From NCBI GenBank assembly GCA_047285305.1, contig JBJBDL010000003.1, positions 1,216,001-1,280,000 of the forward strand: a stretch of DNA of 64,000 nt, given 5' to 3'. Below are positions 21,348 to 31,192 of this stretch, piece after piece; the first letter of the stretch is position 1, and each line of letters begins with the position of its first letter. The stretch is from Synechococcus sp. Lineage in GTDB: Bacteria; Cyanobacteriota; Cyanobacteriia; PCC-6307; Cyanobiaceae. The notes beneath the pieces are model-generated. The model was not told the origin of the DNA, searched no databases, and worked only from the letters and a program-made list of their open reading frames with translations. Both the position numbers and the translations under genes were made by a program.

Positions 21348-22411
21348 TGTGGGAGCTCTGGATGCGGCGGGCCCTAGCCCTGGCCGCCCTTGCTGAAGGT
21401 CACACCAGCCCCAACCCTCTCGTGGGGGCCGTGGTTCTTGATCGCCAAGGCCGACTGGTGGGCGAAGGCTTTCATGCGCGGGCTGGAGACGCCCATGCCG
21501 AGGTGGGTGCCTTGCGGCAGGCCGGGGATGCGGCCCGGGGCGGAACCCTTGTGGTCACCCTTGAACCCTGCTGCCACCACGGCCGCACGCCCCCCTGCAG
21601 TGAGGCGGTGCTGCGCGCGGGCATTGGCCGCGTTGTGGTCGCCCTGGAGGATCCCGATCCCCGGGTGGATGGGGGCGGCATCCGTCAGCTGAGAGAGGCG
21701 GGGCTGGAGGTGATCAGTGGTGTACTGCGTGAGGAGGCCCGCCAGCAGAACCGGGCTTTTCTGCATCGCGTTCGCACCGGCCGCCCGTTCGGGGTTCTGA
21801 AGTGGGCCATGAGCCTGGATGGCCGCACCGCTTTGCCCAATGGCGTCAGCCAATGGATCAGCGGTCAATCCGCCCGCGATTGGGTGCATCGGCTGCGCAG
21901 CGGCATGGATGCCGTGGTGGTTGGGGGTGGCACGGTTCGCGGCGATGATCCGCTGCTCACCAGCAGGGGCCGGCGTTCACCGGAACCGCTGCGGGTGGTG
22001 CTGAGCCGCAGTTTGGATCTGCCGAATCAGGCCCAGCTCTGGGATACCGCGTTGGCGCCGACCCTCGTGGCCCACGGCCCCGATGCCGACCTCCGGCGTT
22101 TGCCATCCGGTCCTGAGGAACTGGGGCTTTCGGCCTGTGAACCGCAGCAGCTGATGGAGGCCCTGGCGGAACGGGGTTGCAACCAGGTGCTTTGGGAATG
22201 CGGCCCTGAGCTAGCGGCCGCGGCGATTCGGCAGGGCTGCGTGCAGGAGATTGCAGCGGTAGTGGCTCCGAAGCTGATGGGGGGTATGGCTGCCCGTACC
22301 CCCCTTGGAGATCTGAACTTCAGCGCCATGGATCAGGTGCTGCAGGGGCAGTGGCATCAGAGCGAGCCCATTGGCAACGACTGGTTGCTGCGTTGGCGCA
22401 GCGGCAGCTGA
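21347..22411 (+). CDS. ribD: Riboflavin biosynthesis deaminase/reductase RibD
   Basis: TSPNPLVGAV, HAE, TLEPCCHHGRTPPC, KWAMSLDG. Confidence 0.96.
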   Translation: MWELWMRRALALAALAEGHTSPNPLVGAVVLDRQGRLVGEGFHARAGDAHAEVGALRQAGDAARGGTLVVTLEPCCHHGRTPPCSEAVLRAGIGRVVVALEDPDPRVDGGGIRQLREAGLEVISGVLREEARQQNRAFLHRVRTGRPFGVLKWAMSLDGRTALPNGVSQWISGQSARDWVHRLRSGMDAVVVGGGTVRGDDPLLTSRGRRSPEPLRVVLSRSLDLPNQAQLWDTALAPTLVAHGPDADLRRLPSGPEELGLSACEPQQLMEALAERGCNQVLWECGPELAAAAIRQGCVQEIAAVVAPKLMGGMAARTPLGDLNFSAMDQVLQGQWHQSEPIGNDWLLRWRSGS

Positions 22412-22505
22412 GCTGAGCGCTCCCGGCTTTGCCGATCGAGGCTGCTGGCGAAGCAGTCGATCAGCACCCCCATCACGGCAGTGAGCTGCGGCTGTCAAGC
22501 CTTGC

Positions 22506-23162
22506 TCAATCGAGCAAGGAGAGCTGCTGGTGCTTGTTTGCGGGGGCAGCTGGCTTGAGTGCTCTGCAGTCCCACGGCTCCGCTGGCGATGGCGTGAGCA
22601 TCGGCTTGAGGGCGCGTCGGTGAGCTCCATCACCCGGTTCCAGCCAGATGCTCTCCAACCCCTCGGGAATGATCACCGGCATTCGATCGTGCAATGGGGC
22701 CACCAGGCTGTTGGGCTGGGTCGTGATCACGCAGCAAGTCTCCACTTCACTGCCATCGGGGCCGATCCAGCGGTCCCAGACACCGGCCAGCCAGAACATC
22801 TGCCGGTCTTTGCGCTGGATCAGATGCCCCTTTTCAAAAAAGCCCGTGCTGGGCAGAAGGCAGCGGTGATGACGCCATGGCCCGCGAAAGGAGGCTTTCT
22901 CCGCAATGGTCTCGGCGCGGGCATTGATCGGTCGCGGCGCCTGCAATGGGTCCTTGACCCAGCCCGGAAGGAGGCCCCAGAGCATGTGGGAGAGACGCTC
23001 TTCACCATGCTCACGCCGCACCGCCAGCACCGGTTCGTGGGGGCGGATCAGCTCGCGGGGGGCGTAATGCTCCAGCCAGGCGCTGTCGTCTGGCCGCAAC
23101 CAGCTGCGCAGCAGCTGCTTCAATTCCGCGCGAGGCGTGTCGAGACAGTAGCGACCACACAT
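22506..23162 (-). CDS. SOS response-associated peptidase (SRAP/YedK)
   Basis: MCGRY (Cys2), WGL, INARAET, HDRMPVI. Confidence 0.93.
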   Translation of the reverse strand: MCGRYCLDTPRAELKQLLRSWLRPDDSAWLEHYAPRELIRPHEPVLAVRREHGEERLSHMLWGLLPGWVKDPLQAPRPINARAETIAEKASFRGPWRHHRCLLPSTGFFEKGHLIQRKDRQMFWLAGVWDRWIGPDGSEVETCCVITTQPNSLVAPLHDRMPVIIPEGLESIWLEPGDGAHRRALKPMLTPSPAEPWDCRALKPAAPANKHQQLSLLD

Positions 23163-23246
23163 GGGCAGAAGCTAGGCGCCGTTCGGTTCTCACACCCGTT
23201 GATTGCCAGAGATCCCTCGTAGCGTGTCAGAACTCTCAGGCCATTC

Positions 23247-25121
23247 ATGCCGATCCGCCAGGACGACAACCAGCCGAACCGTCGCTTCGGGATCATCAAC
23301 CTGGTGCTGATTGGCTTTGGGGTGTTGCTGCTGGCCAGCAGCTTCATCCCCAGCAATGGCATGCAGCAGGTGCCCCGGGTGCCCTACTCCCTGTTCATCG
23401 ATCAGGTGAATGACGGTGCGGTGAAGCGGGCCTTCATCACGCAAGATCAGATTCGCTACGAGCTGAGTGATCCCGAGGAGGGCACGCCTCCGGTGCTGGC
23501 CACCACGCCGATCTTCGACATGGACCTGCCCCAACGCCTCGAGACCAAGGGCGTTGAATTCGCGGCAGCTCCCCCGAAGAAGCCGAACATTTTCACCACC
23601 ATCCTCAGCTGGGTGGTGCCGCCCCTGATCTTCATCCTGGTGCTGCAGTTTTTCGCCCGTCGCTCGATGGGCGGTGGTGCTCAGGGTGCGTTGAGCTTCA
23701 CCAAGAGCAAGGCCAAGGTGTACGTGCCTGATGAGGAGTCGCGGATCACCTTCGCCGACGTTGCGGGCGTGGATGAGGCGAAGCAGGAACTCACTGAGAT
23801 CGTCGACTTCCTCAAGCGCCCTGAGCGGTACGCCGAGATAGGTGCGCGCATTCCCAAAGGTGTGCTGCTGGTCGGCCCCCCAGGCACCGGTAAGACCCTT
23901 CTTTCCAAGGCCGTGGCCGGCGAAGCAGAAGTGCCGTTCTTCATCATTTCCGGCTCGGAGTTCGTAGAACTCTTCGTTGGTGCCGGTGCCGCTCGCGTGC
24001 GGGACCTGTTTGAAGAAGCGAAGAAAAAAGCGCCCTGCATCATTTTCATCGACGAACTCGACGCCATCGGTAAGAGCCGTTCTGGCTCTATGGGTGTCGT
24101 CGGCGGCAACGACGAACGGGAGCAGACCCTCAACCAGCTGCTCACTGAGATGGATGGCTTCACCGCCCAGGACAAGCCGGTGATCGTTCTGGCGGCAACC
24201 AACCAGCCCGAAGTGCTCGATGCTGCCCTGCTGCGTCCAGGCCGTTTCGACCGTCAAGTGCTGGTGGACCGTCCGGACCTCTCCGGCCGCAAGACTATCC
24301 TCGAGATCTACGCCAAGAAGGTGAAGCTGGCTGCAGGCGTTGATCTCGACAGCGTGGCCCAGGCCACCAGTGGTTTTGCTGGAGCTGATCTAGCCAACCT
24401 AGTGAATGAAGCAGCCCTGCTGGCGGCACGTGCCCAGCGCACCAGCGTCGAGCAGCAGGACCTCGGTGAAGCGATCGAGCGTGTTGTGGCCGGTCTGGAG
24501 AAGAAGAGCCGCGTCCTGCAGGACGACGAAAAGAAGGTTGTCGCGTATCACGAGGTGGGCCACGCGATCGTGGGCCATCTCATGCCTGGCGGCAGCAAGG
24601 TGGCCAAGATCTCGATCGTGCCCCGCGGCATGAGCGCACTGGGCTACACGTTGCAGCTGCCGACGGAAGAGCGGTTCCTCAATTCCAAGGAGGAACTCCA
24701 GGGCCAAATCGCCACACTGCTCGGTGGTCGTTCCGCCGAGGAGATCGTCTTCGGCAAGATCACCACGGGTGCTGCCAACGACCTGCAGCGGGCCACCGAT
24801 CTGGCCGAGCAGATGGTGGGCACCTACGGAATGAGCGACACCCTGGGCCCCTTGGCTTATGACAAGCAGGGTGGTGGCCGTTTCCTTGGTGGAGGCAACA
24901 ACCCACGCCGCTCGGTTAGTGATGCCACGGCCCAGGCCATCGATAAGGAGGTCCGCGGGCTGGTGGACCAGGCCCACGACGACGCCCTTGCGATCCTGCG
25001 GGAGAACATGGCGCTGCTCGAGACGATCGCCCAGAAGATCCTTGAAAAAGAGGTGATCGAGGGGGATGACCTCAAGCAGATGCTTGAGGCGAGTGTGCTG
25101 CCGTCGGGTGTGACCGCTTGA
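23247..25121 (+). CDS. ftsH: ATP-dependent zinc metalloprotease FtsH
   Basis: Two TM segments, [24 protein letters not shown]. Confidence 0.97.
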   Translation: MPIRQDDNQPNRRFGIINLVLIGFGVLLLASSFIPSNGMQQVPRVPYSLFIDQVNDGAVKRAFITQDQIRYELSDPEEGTPPVLATTPIFDMDLPQRLETKGVEFAAAPPKKPNIFTTILSWVVPPLIFILVLQFFARRSMGGGAQGALSFTKSKAKVYVPDEESRITFADVAGVDEAKQELTEIVDFLKRPERYAEIGARIPKGVLLVGPPGTGKTLLSKAVAGEAEVPFFIISGSEFVELFVGAGAARVRDLFEEAKKKAPCIIFIDELDAIGKSRSGSMGVVGGNDEREQTLNQLLTEMDGFTAQDKPVIVLAATNQPEVLDAALLRPGRFDRQVLVDRPDLSGRKTILEIYAKKVKLAAGVDLDSVAQATSGFAGADLANLVNEAALLAARAQRTSVEQQDLGEAIERVVAGLEKKSRVLQDDEKKVVAYHEVGHAIVGHLMPGGSKVAKISIVPRGMSALGYTLQLPTEERFLNSKEELQGQIATLLGGRSAEEIVFGKITTGAANDLQRATDLAEQMVGTYGMSDTLGPLAYDKQGGGRFLGGGNNPRRSVSDATAQAIDKEVRGLVDQAHDDALAILRENMALLETIAQKILEKEVIEGDDLKQMLEASVLPSGVTA

Positions 25122-25166
25122 CGGCATAGGGCCTCATCCCCGATAACAGTCCTTTGAACCGTCGCG

Positions 25167-26123
25167 ATGGCTACCGCTTCTGCGGGCGTTGCTGCTGTCC
25201 TTTCTCCGCTCTGCGGATGTGACTTCCTTTCTTCTGCGGATTGTTCCGCCGAGGAAACAGCAGCGTTGCTGGATCTGGCTGCACAACTGAAGAGCGGCGA
25301 TCGTCGTATCGATCTCGGCAACCGTGTTCTGGGTCTGATCTTCAGCAAGGCCTCCACCCGAACCCGTGTGAGTTTTCAGGTGGCCATGGCCCGCCTCGGC
25401 GGCCAGACGGTGGATCTCAATCCTTCCGTCACCCAGCTCGGCCGCGGCGAGCCGCTGGAAGATACGTCCCGGGTTCTGAGCCGTTACTGCGATGTGCTGG
25501 CGATTCGCACCTTTGCTCAGCAGGAACTGGTTGATTACGCCCACTGGGCCTCGGTGCCGGTGATCAATGCCCTCACCGATCTGGAACATCCCTGTCAGGC
25601 GCTGGCGGACTTCCTCACAATGAAGGAAGCCCATGGCGCCCTTCCTGGTCAGACCCTGGCCTATGTGGGCGACGGCAACAACGTGGCCCACTCTCTGATG
25701 CTTTGCGGCGCGTTGCTAGGGGTGAATGTGCGGATCGGCTGCCCAGAGGGCTTCGAGCCCTTGCCGGGCGTGGTTGAGCAGGCCCAATCCCTGGCACAGC
25801 ACGATGCCTCGATTGAGGTGGTGAGCGATCCCCGTGAGGCGGTGGCGGGTGCCCAGGCTGTTTACACCGATGTCTGGGCCTCCATGGGCCAGGAGGCAGA
25901 ACAGGCTCAGCGGGAGCTGGCCTTTGCTGGATTCTGTGTGGATCAAGCCCTGATGGAGCAGGCGGCAGCCGATGCGATCGTTCTGCACTGCCTGCCGGCC
26001 CACCGCGGTGAGGAGATCAGCGCTGAGGTGATGGAGGGCACGGCGAGCCGCATCTTTGATCAGGCGGAAAACCGCCTGCATGCGCAGCAGGCTCTGTTGG
26101 CGGTATTGATGGGTGGTCTGTGA
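25167..26123 (+). CDS. argF: Ornithine carbamoyltransferase
   Basis: STRTR, HPCQ, DVWASMG, HCLP, QAENR. Confidence 0.97.
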   Translation: MATASAGVAAVLSPLCGCDFLSSADCSAEETAALLDLAAQLKSGDRRIDLGNRVLGLIFSKASTRTRVSFQVAMARLGGQTVDLNPSVTQLGRGEPLEDTSRVLSRYCDVLAIRTFAQQELVDYAHWASVPVINALTDLEHPCQALADFLTMKEAHGALPGQTLAYVGDGNNVAHSLMLCGALLGVNVRIGCPEGFEPLPGVVEQAQSLAQHDASIEVVSDPREAVAGAQAVYTDVWASMGQEAEQAQRELAFAGFCVDQALMEQAAADAIVLHCLPAHRGEEISAEVMEGTASRIFDQAENRLHAQQALLAVLMGGL

Positions 26124-26443
26124 CGGTGATCCACCGCTGGTTGGTGCCGTTGATCGTCACCGCCCATGCGGTGGCTGCGTCAGCGGATCAGGCCACTGAC
26201 AAACAACAGCAGAGCACCATTGCCCGATGGACGGCCGAGAAAATCTGTGAAATGGGTGTGGATGCCTTTTACGCGTTGCCGGATGCTGAGCTCAAAACCA
26301 TGTTTGAGCGCGACACGTCGATGCGTTATGAGGATGTCCCCAACACACCAACCGATCAGGAAAAGTCCCGTATCACCGGGCAGTTGATGGGATATCTGAT
26401 GGCGGCCTGTCCGCAACAGCTTGAGTCCTACAAAAACCGCTGA
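26120..26443 (+). CDS. Hypothetical exported protein
   Basis: GTGA overlap with argF; signal-peptide-like N-terminus; two Cys. Confidence 0.6.
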   Translation: MTVIHRWLVPLIVTAHAVAASADQATDKQQQSTIARWTAEKICEMGVDAFYALPDAELKTMFERDTSMRYEDVPNTPTDQEKSRITGQLMGYLMAACPQQLESYKNR

Positions 26444-26451
26444 AGAGCATC

Positions 26452-26679
26452 TTGATGCGTAAGGAACGCTGCTGGGTTTGGTTCAAAGGTGGCCTCTCGG
26501 AGGAGGGGCACTGGATGTCGGGCTGGGTGGCCAGCACAACCGAGCAGCCGGGCCTGCTGATTGAGCATCCCGGCTACGTCCCCTGCCGGGTTCCGGAATG
26601 GCGTGTGGTGTTCAAGGAGCCCAAAGACCTGAAGCTGGCGCCGAGCATTCCCGAGGCTGCGGTGTGGAAGCTGGTTTGA
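26452..26679 (+). CDS. Conserved small Trp-rich hypothetical protein
   Basis: ERCWVWFKGG...CRVPEWRVVFKEP. Confidence 0.65.
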   Translation: MMRKERCWVWFKGGLSEEGHWMSGWVASTTEQPGLLIEHPGYVPCRVPEWRVVFKEPKDLKLAPSIPEAAVWKLV

Positions 26680-26713
26680 ACCGAGTCTGCGCTTGCAGCA
26701 CACGGCAAGGAAC

Positions 26714-26727
26714 GGTACAAATGTATT
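26714..26727. promoter_or_regulatory. Probable cyanobacterial LexA box (autoregulation)
   Basis: GGTACAAATGTATT, near-match to RGTAC-N4-GTWC, 20 nt upstream of the lexA GTG. Confidence 0.7.
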
Positions 26728-26746
26728 GCCTGAACTTTTTCTTGCG

Positions 26747-27370
26747 GTGAACCGTGCCCCCCAGGAGCCCCTCACCACTGCTCAGCAAGAGCTTTACGAC
26801 TGGCTGGCGGACTACATCGGCGCCCATCGCCATAGTCCCTCGATTCGCCAGATGATGCAGGCGATGGGACTGCGCTCTCCTGCGCCGATCCAGAGCCGGT
26901 TGCGCCATCTTCAGCAGAAGGGATGGATCACCTGGCAGGAAGGCCAGGCGCGCACCTTGCAGCTCTTGGGCGACATGGTGGGTGCCGCCGGGATTCCTGT
27001 GCTGGGTGCCGTTGCCGCCGGTGGCCTTGTGACTGCTTTCGATGATGTTCAGGAGCATCTCGACCTGGCGCCGGTGCTGGAGACCCGCGGCCTGTTTGCC
27101 CTGACGGTGAATGGTGACTCGATGGTCGACTCCCATATCGCCGATGGGGATGTGGTGTTGATGGAGCCGGTGCAGGATCCGCAGCGGCTGCGCAACGGCA
27201 CGGTGGTGAGTGCTCTGGTGGCCGGCAGTGGCACCACACTCAAGCATTTCCATCGCCAAGGGGCGACGGTGGTGCTGGAAGCTGCCAACCCTGCTTATCA
27301 ACCGATTGAGCTTCCCGCCGAACAGGTGGAGGTGCAGGGTCGCTTGGTTGCCGTTTGGCGGCAGGTCTGA
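26747..27370 (+). CDS. lexA: LexA repressor
   Basis: LTTAQQELYDWL, SPSIRQM, VAAG cleavage site, GDSM, TLK. Confidence 0.95.
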   Translation: MNRAPQEPLTTAQQELYDWLADYIGAHRHSPSIRQMMQAMGLRSPAPIQSRLRHLQQKGWITWQEGQARTLQLLGDMVGAAGIPVLGAVAAGGLVTAFDDVQEHLDLAPVLETRGLFALTVNGDSMVDSHIADGDVVLMEPVQDPQRLRNGTVVSALVAGSGTTLKHFHRQGATVVLEAANPAYQPIELPAEQVEVQGRLVAVWRQV

Positions 27371-27430
27371 GGCTCCCGCGGTGTAAGCTGTGACACGACA
27401 ACGGCGGCTTTGAAGCCACCACGTCGACAT

Positions 27431-27503
27431 GGGGCCATAGCTCAGCTGGTAGAGCACCTGCATGGCATGCAGGGGGTCAGGAGTTCGAGTCTCCTTGGCT
27501 CCA
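27431..27503 (+). tRNA. tRNA-Ala (GGC)
   Basis: Full cloverleaf GGGGCCA...TGGCTCCA, anticodon GGC, G3:U70, TTCGAGT T-loop. Confidence 0.97.
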
Positions 27504-27599
27504 TTCTTGAAAAACACAGTCCTAGACAAGGTTTTCGGCGGTCACTAGACCCCTTTTTTGTTGTCTGGCTACAGCTGGCTACGGCCTGTTAGGGCTGTT

Positions 27600-27629
27600 C
27601 TGCTCTAAATCCTGCTCTAAAACTGCTCT
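27600..27629 (+). repeat. Tandem CTGCTCT(AAA) repeats, putative integrase arm-type sites (left)
   Basis: CTGCTCTAAA-TC-CTGCTCTAAAA-CTGCTCT; same motif twice at 33178-33200. Confidence 0.7.
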
Positions 27630-27646
27630 GGATCACGACAGCAGTC

Positions 27647-28453
27647 ATGGCGCCCCAGAAGTGGGAACAAACTCTTCGCCGCCAGATCCGGGACAACCAC
27701 GGCGCTGGTTGGAACGTCATTCAGCAATCCGGCAAATGCAAGCTGACGCGCCGCTACGAAGACGGCGCTAAGAGCGCCAAGGTGCTGCCTATTGAGTGGA
27801 AGGCCACCAACTCGGTGCAGATCTTGAACGCCGTCACACGCGTTCGTGAGTTGGTTGAAACCAGGAACATCAGCATCGCTGAAGCGGTCCGCTTGGACAC
27901 TGAGGCGCTAGCCACTCTTGAGGAACACAACGGCACTGCTGATGCCTGGCTGTATTGGCGCACCAAGGAAGACGGTGAAGTTGACGACACCTACTGCTTA
28001 AAGCGGATCAAAGACCGCAGCGGCACTGTTGAGGTAGGCACCGTCTATCAATTCACAGGCAGCAGTGAAGACCGTCGCCTGACCTTTAAGGGCATGCGTG
28101 ACAGGACGGTGAGCCTTGATCAAATAGCCACTGATCGGGAACGGGTTAAGCGGTTTCTGCTGACGCATGAACCTGCGAAGTTCACCGCCAAACAGGTTTA
28201 TGAGCACAACCCTGGTCTGTCGCTTGGCTACTGCAAGAACCTGCTGGCAGGGCTTCACGGGGAGCCGTTAAGCGTCATAAGGCGGGAAAAGGTCACTGGC
28301 GGTGTTGGTAGGCCCTCATACGCTTACTTCGCGGTCACAGGTAAGAGTGACAAAGGTGCAAAAGTGACAAACTCCGTGCCTTTAAGCACGGGTTTAACAC
28401 CCTCTGAAAACAGCTCAGAAAGCAGTAATAGGAAGAGTCCTTTTTTCAATTAG
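27647..28453 (+). pseudogene. Chimeric ORF: integrase-like N-terminus fused to replication/helicase-like winged-helix C-terminus
   Basis: Integrase position next to att; no R-H-R-Y catalytic motifs; C-terminal FTAKQV...GGVGRPSYAY wHTH-like. Confidence 0.55.
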
Positions 28454-28611
28454 ATACACATCTTGCCTCTGCCTGACCCTGTTATATGCCCTAGAGATGA
28501 AACTAATCAAATTATTCTTTCTTAAAATATTTTACCAAAGCAGTTGCTAGGTATAGTGTATTTTTTAAATACTGTCTAGTATTTCGCAGTTGATTCAATT
28601 GCTATTGCCTT

Positions 28612-29703
28612 TCACTCCTTCATGGCTAAAGTTTTTTGGATGCAATGTTTCCAGGATAGTTGGTTTTGTTTTGGCGAAAATGCTTCCAGTATCTTTTCTC
28701 TTGAATTCGAATACTTAATGCTTAGTCTCTCGCGCTGCTCGTCTGCGACATGTAATAATTCAACAATATTTTGTCCCACAATTGCAATCTTACTGAGCTC
28801 TAGATAGCTTTTGATTGGACTTGCAATTGTTATGCATCCAGCGCTAATAGCATCAACCATTCGGTTGTGACTAGCAAATGCTTTGTTAGTATTGTTGGGA
28901 TCTGACGGAATTAAGCAAAATGTGGCTTTGCTTAATTCCTCTTGCAGTTGCATGGGCTGTTGATCGTGAATCCATTTGACTTTCCTTATTTTTAGTCTGG
29001 ATTCATCATGAACCTCGTTTATTAAATCTGAGAACCTATTTAGTCCCCATTCGCCCGTAAGGATTGTTAGATTGATCTTTTTGCGTTTGACTATTGCAGA
29101 TCTCTTTAAGTCTTTAAGTATGGAGGCCATGAATATTAGGTTTGAATCATGTCCGAACCATATCGCATCAATTTCACTCGTTTCTTTAACATTAAAAGGA
29201 GAGTATTTGACCTGGCATGGATCAAGGATGATAGAATAATTCTTGATTTCTGGGATCCAATCTATGCATTTATTTTTAATTGCTCTGCAGGGGAAAACGA
29301 CATGATCGGCAAATTTGAGGAAATCCCTATGCAATTCCCTTGAGGCTGGCTCTGTATCTTCCATGTGATTTGAATAAATGCAAATCAAAGGTATCTTTCG
29401 GCTTTTTAGTCTTGCTAAAAGTGCAAGCTGTGCCATTGCTTGGGATTGTCGATTCCTCTGACCACGTGTGTGCATCTTTCCGGCAATACAGATGGCAGGG
29501 TGTTCAATGAGCTCTAGATCTTCCGGATGTTGTAATTGTAATGAAAAACATTCAGGAGTTAGTCCAATTTCCTTGCAGGCTTCGAAAGCTGGTTTTAATT
29601 GAAGTCGAAGAGAAGCTACGCCTGCACATCTTGCAAGTGAACAAAAGCCATGATAATTATCGGTTGGTTGGAGAAAAAGTGCTTGAGAGTGATAGTGATT
29701 CAT
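28612..29703 (-). CDS. Glycosyltransferase-like protein (low GC)
   Basis: DHVVFP, IWFGHDSNL, CLIPSD...ASHNRMVDAISAG GT-B-like pattern. Confidence 0.6.
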   Translation of the reverse strand: MNHYHSQALFLQPTDNYHGFCSLARCAGVASLRLQLKPAFEACKEIGLTPECFSLQLQHPEDLELIEHPAICIAGKMHTRGQRNRQSQAMAQLALLARLKSRKIPLICIYSNHMEDTEPASRELHRDFLKFADHVVFPCRAIKNKCIDWIPEIKNYSIILDPCQVKYSPFNVKETSEIDAIWFGHDSNLIFMASILKDLKRSAIVKRKKINLTILTGEWGLNRFSDLINEVHDESRLKIRKVKWIHDQQPMQLQEELSKATFCLIPSDPNNTNKAFASHNRMVDAISAGCITIASPIKSYLELSKIAIVGQNIVELLHVADEQRERLSIKYSNSREKILEAFSPKQNQLSWKHCIQKTLAMKE

Positions 29704-29917
29704 ATTAGAATAGTTTAAAGAACTTTAAAGGTGCTTTTCATCTGCTGTCCTACGTAGTATATAATGATTCCGATGCGTCGTCGATTCTTTTGGCATTAAT
29801 GAAAATCTTTTTTCTTAATGCGATGTGAACGCAATTCGATGGCAAGTGTAGTAGATTATATGTTCTCGGTCGAGTTCGTGTATTATTGGATTCCATGAAT
29901 CTTGCTGGCTATCGTAA

Positions 29918-30445
29918 GTGAAAAACAAGGTGATGCTGAATCTGGGATGTGGTGACAAAATAATCCCCGGATATATCAATATCGATGCAGCCGTTTCACG
30001 TGCAGGATTGAAACCTGACATTGTCGCCGATATTCGTGATTTAAAGAATATTAAAACAGGAATTGCCGATGAAATCCTGGCGGTCCATGTCATTGAACAT
30101 TTTTTTTACTGGGAGGTAGTTTCTCTCCTGAGTGGATGGCGTCGAATTCTTAAGTCTGGAGGGAAAATAGTGTTAGAGTGCCCAAATCTCTTGTTCGCTT
30201 GTCAAATGATTGTGAACAATCCTGAGAAGTGTAGTCAGTCAGGAAAAGATGGTCAAATGTCTATGTGGTCGTTGTATGGAGATCCGTCATGGAAGGATCC
30301 CTTGATGTGTCATAAGTGGGCATATACCCCTGATTCTCTGAAGTTAGTAATGAAAAAGGCTGGATTCATTCAATTACGGCAAGAGCCTGCTCAGTTCAAG
30401 CTGCGAGAGCCACGTGATATGCGCATCGTTGGCATCAATCCTTGA
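29918..30445 (+). CDS. Class I SAM-dependent methyltransferase
   Basis: LNLGCG, INID, HVIEHF, RILKSGG. Confidence 0.85.
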   Translation: MKNKVMLNLGCGDKIIPGYINIDAAVSRAGLKPDIVADIRDLKNIKTGIADEILAVHVIEHFFYWEVVSLLSGWRRILKSGGKIVLECPNLLFACQMIVNNPEKCSQSGKDGQMSMWSLYGDPSWKDPLMCHKWAYTPDSLKLVMKKAGFIQLRQEPAQFKLREPRDMRIVGINP

Positions 30446-30705
30446 CCTGTAAAGAGGGCATAGTCGCCTTTTGCACCAGAAATTACCTGAACTCTGATTT
30501 CAGCCGCGAGATTGATGCCATCAGGCCAGATGTTGTGCGTACAGTTGACGTCAGCATCATTGGTGTTCACATTGACGCTGACCAGATCAAAGCGGCTCAA
30601 GAAATTGAGCGGCATGAACGGGAGCTGCTGGAAGACATCAGGAGCCGTTTGCAGGGCAAGTCTCTTAAGAGCACCTACCCCATCAGTAGGTGGTCAATCC
30701 TCTGA
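30442..30705 (+). CDS. Hypothetical protein or fragment
   Basis: ORF only; GC rises here relative to upstream cargo. Confidence 0.35.
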   Translation: MTCKEGIVAFCTRNYLNSDFSREIDAIRPDVVRTVDVSIIGVHIDADQIKAAQEIERHERELLEDIRSRLQGKSLKSTYPISRWSIL

Positions 30706-30765
30706 AATGCCTGCTGTGACTACGAGCTGTGGGCTTTTCCGCTTTTTAGAGCAATTCTTATAGCA

Positions 30766-31146
30766 TCAGCGCCTGTGGACCTGGTGAGTAAAGCGACCAC
30801 GGAAGTGCGCTTCAAATTGCCGATCCAGTTGAGGCTGCACCAACATCGCCCTCAAAGAATTGAGTGCGCCAATCGCAGCTGAGTATTGCTGCGCTTGTTC
30901 ACTCTTGGCGGCTAGGCGTTGATATTGCGTCGCTAACCAACCCACCATGTGCTGAAGCTCAACCGAGTTCAGGGCGTTGGCAAGCTCTCCTTGGGCGAGT
31001 TCTATGTCACGCAGGCTGGTTCTACGGCTGCACCCCCATGTCTGCGACAGCTGCGTCGCTGCATCAGTTGGCGGAACACCATCAGCAATCAGCTGAAGAG
31101 CCTCACTGCGGCGTTGCTGGCGCTGCTGCTTGGTGGTGATGGTCAT
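30766..31146 (-). CDS. Helix-turn-helix protein resembling small terminase subunits of satellites
   Basis: RRSEALQLIADG...QTWGCSRRTSLRDI HTH followed by helices ending YSAAIGALN. Confidence 0.55.
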   Translation of the reverse strand: MTITTKQQRQQRRSEALQLIADGVPPTDAATQLSQTWGCSRRTSLRDIELAQGELANALNSVELQHMVGWLATQYQRLAAKSEQAQQYSAAIGALNSLRAMLVQPQLDRQFEAHFRGRFTHQVHRR

Positions 31147-31192
31147 GGATCAGCCCCTAAAAAGATCGGTGTGTCTCTGATGGAAAGACCGC

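Noticed and set aside
23190..24257. Long antisense ORFs over ftsH, GH116, dnaA, gor, htrA
   Set aside because: Shadow frames expected from high-GC codon bias
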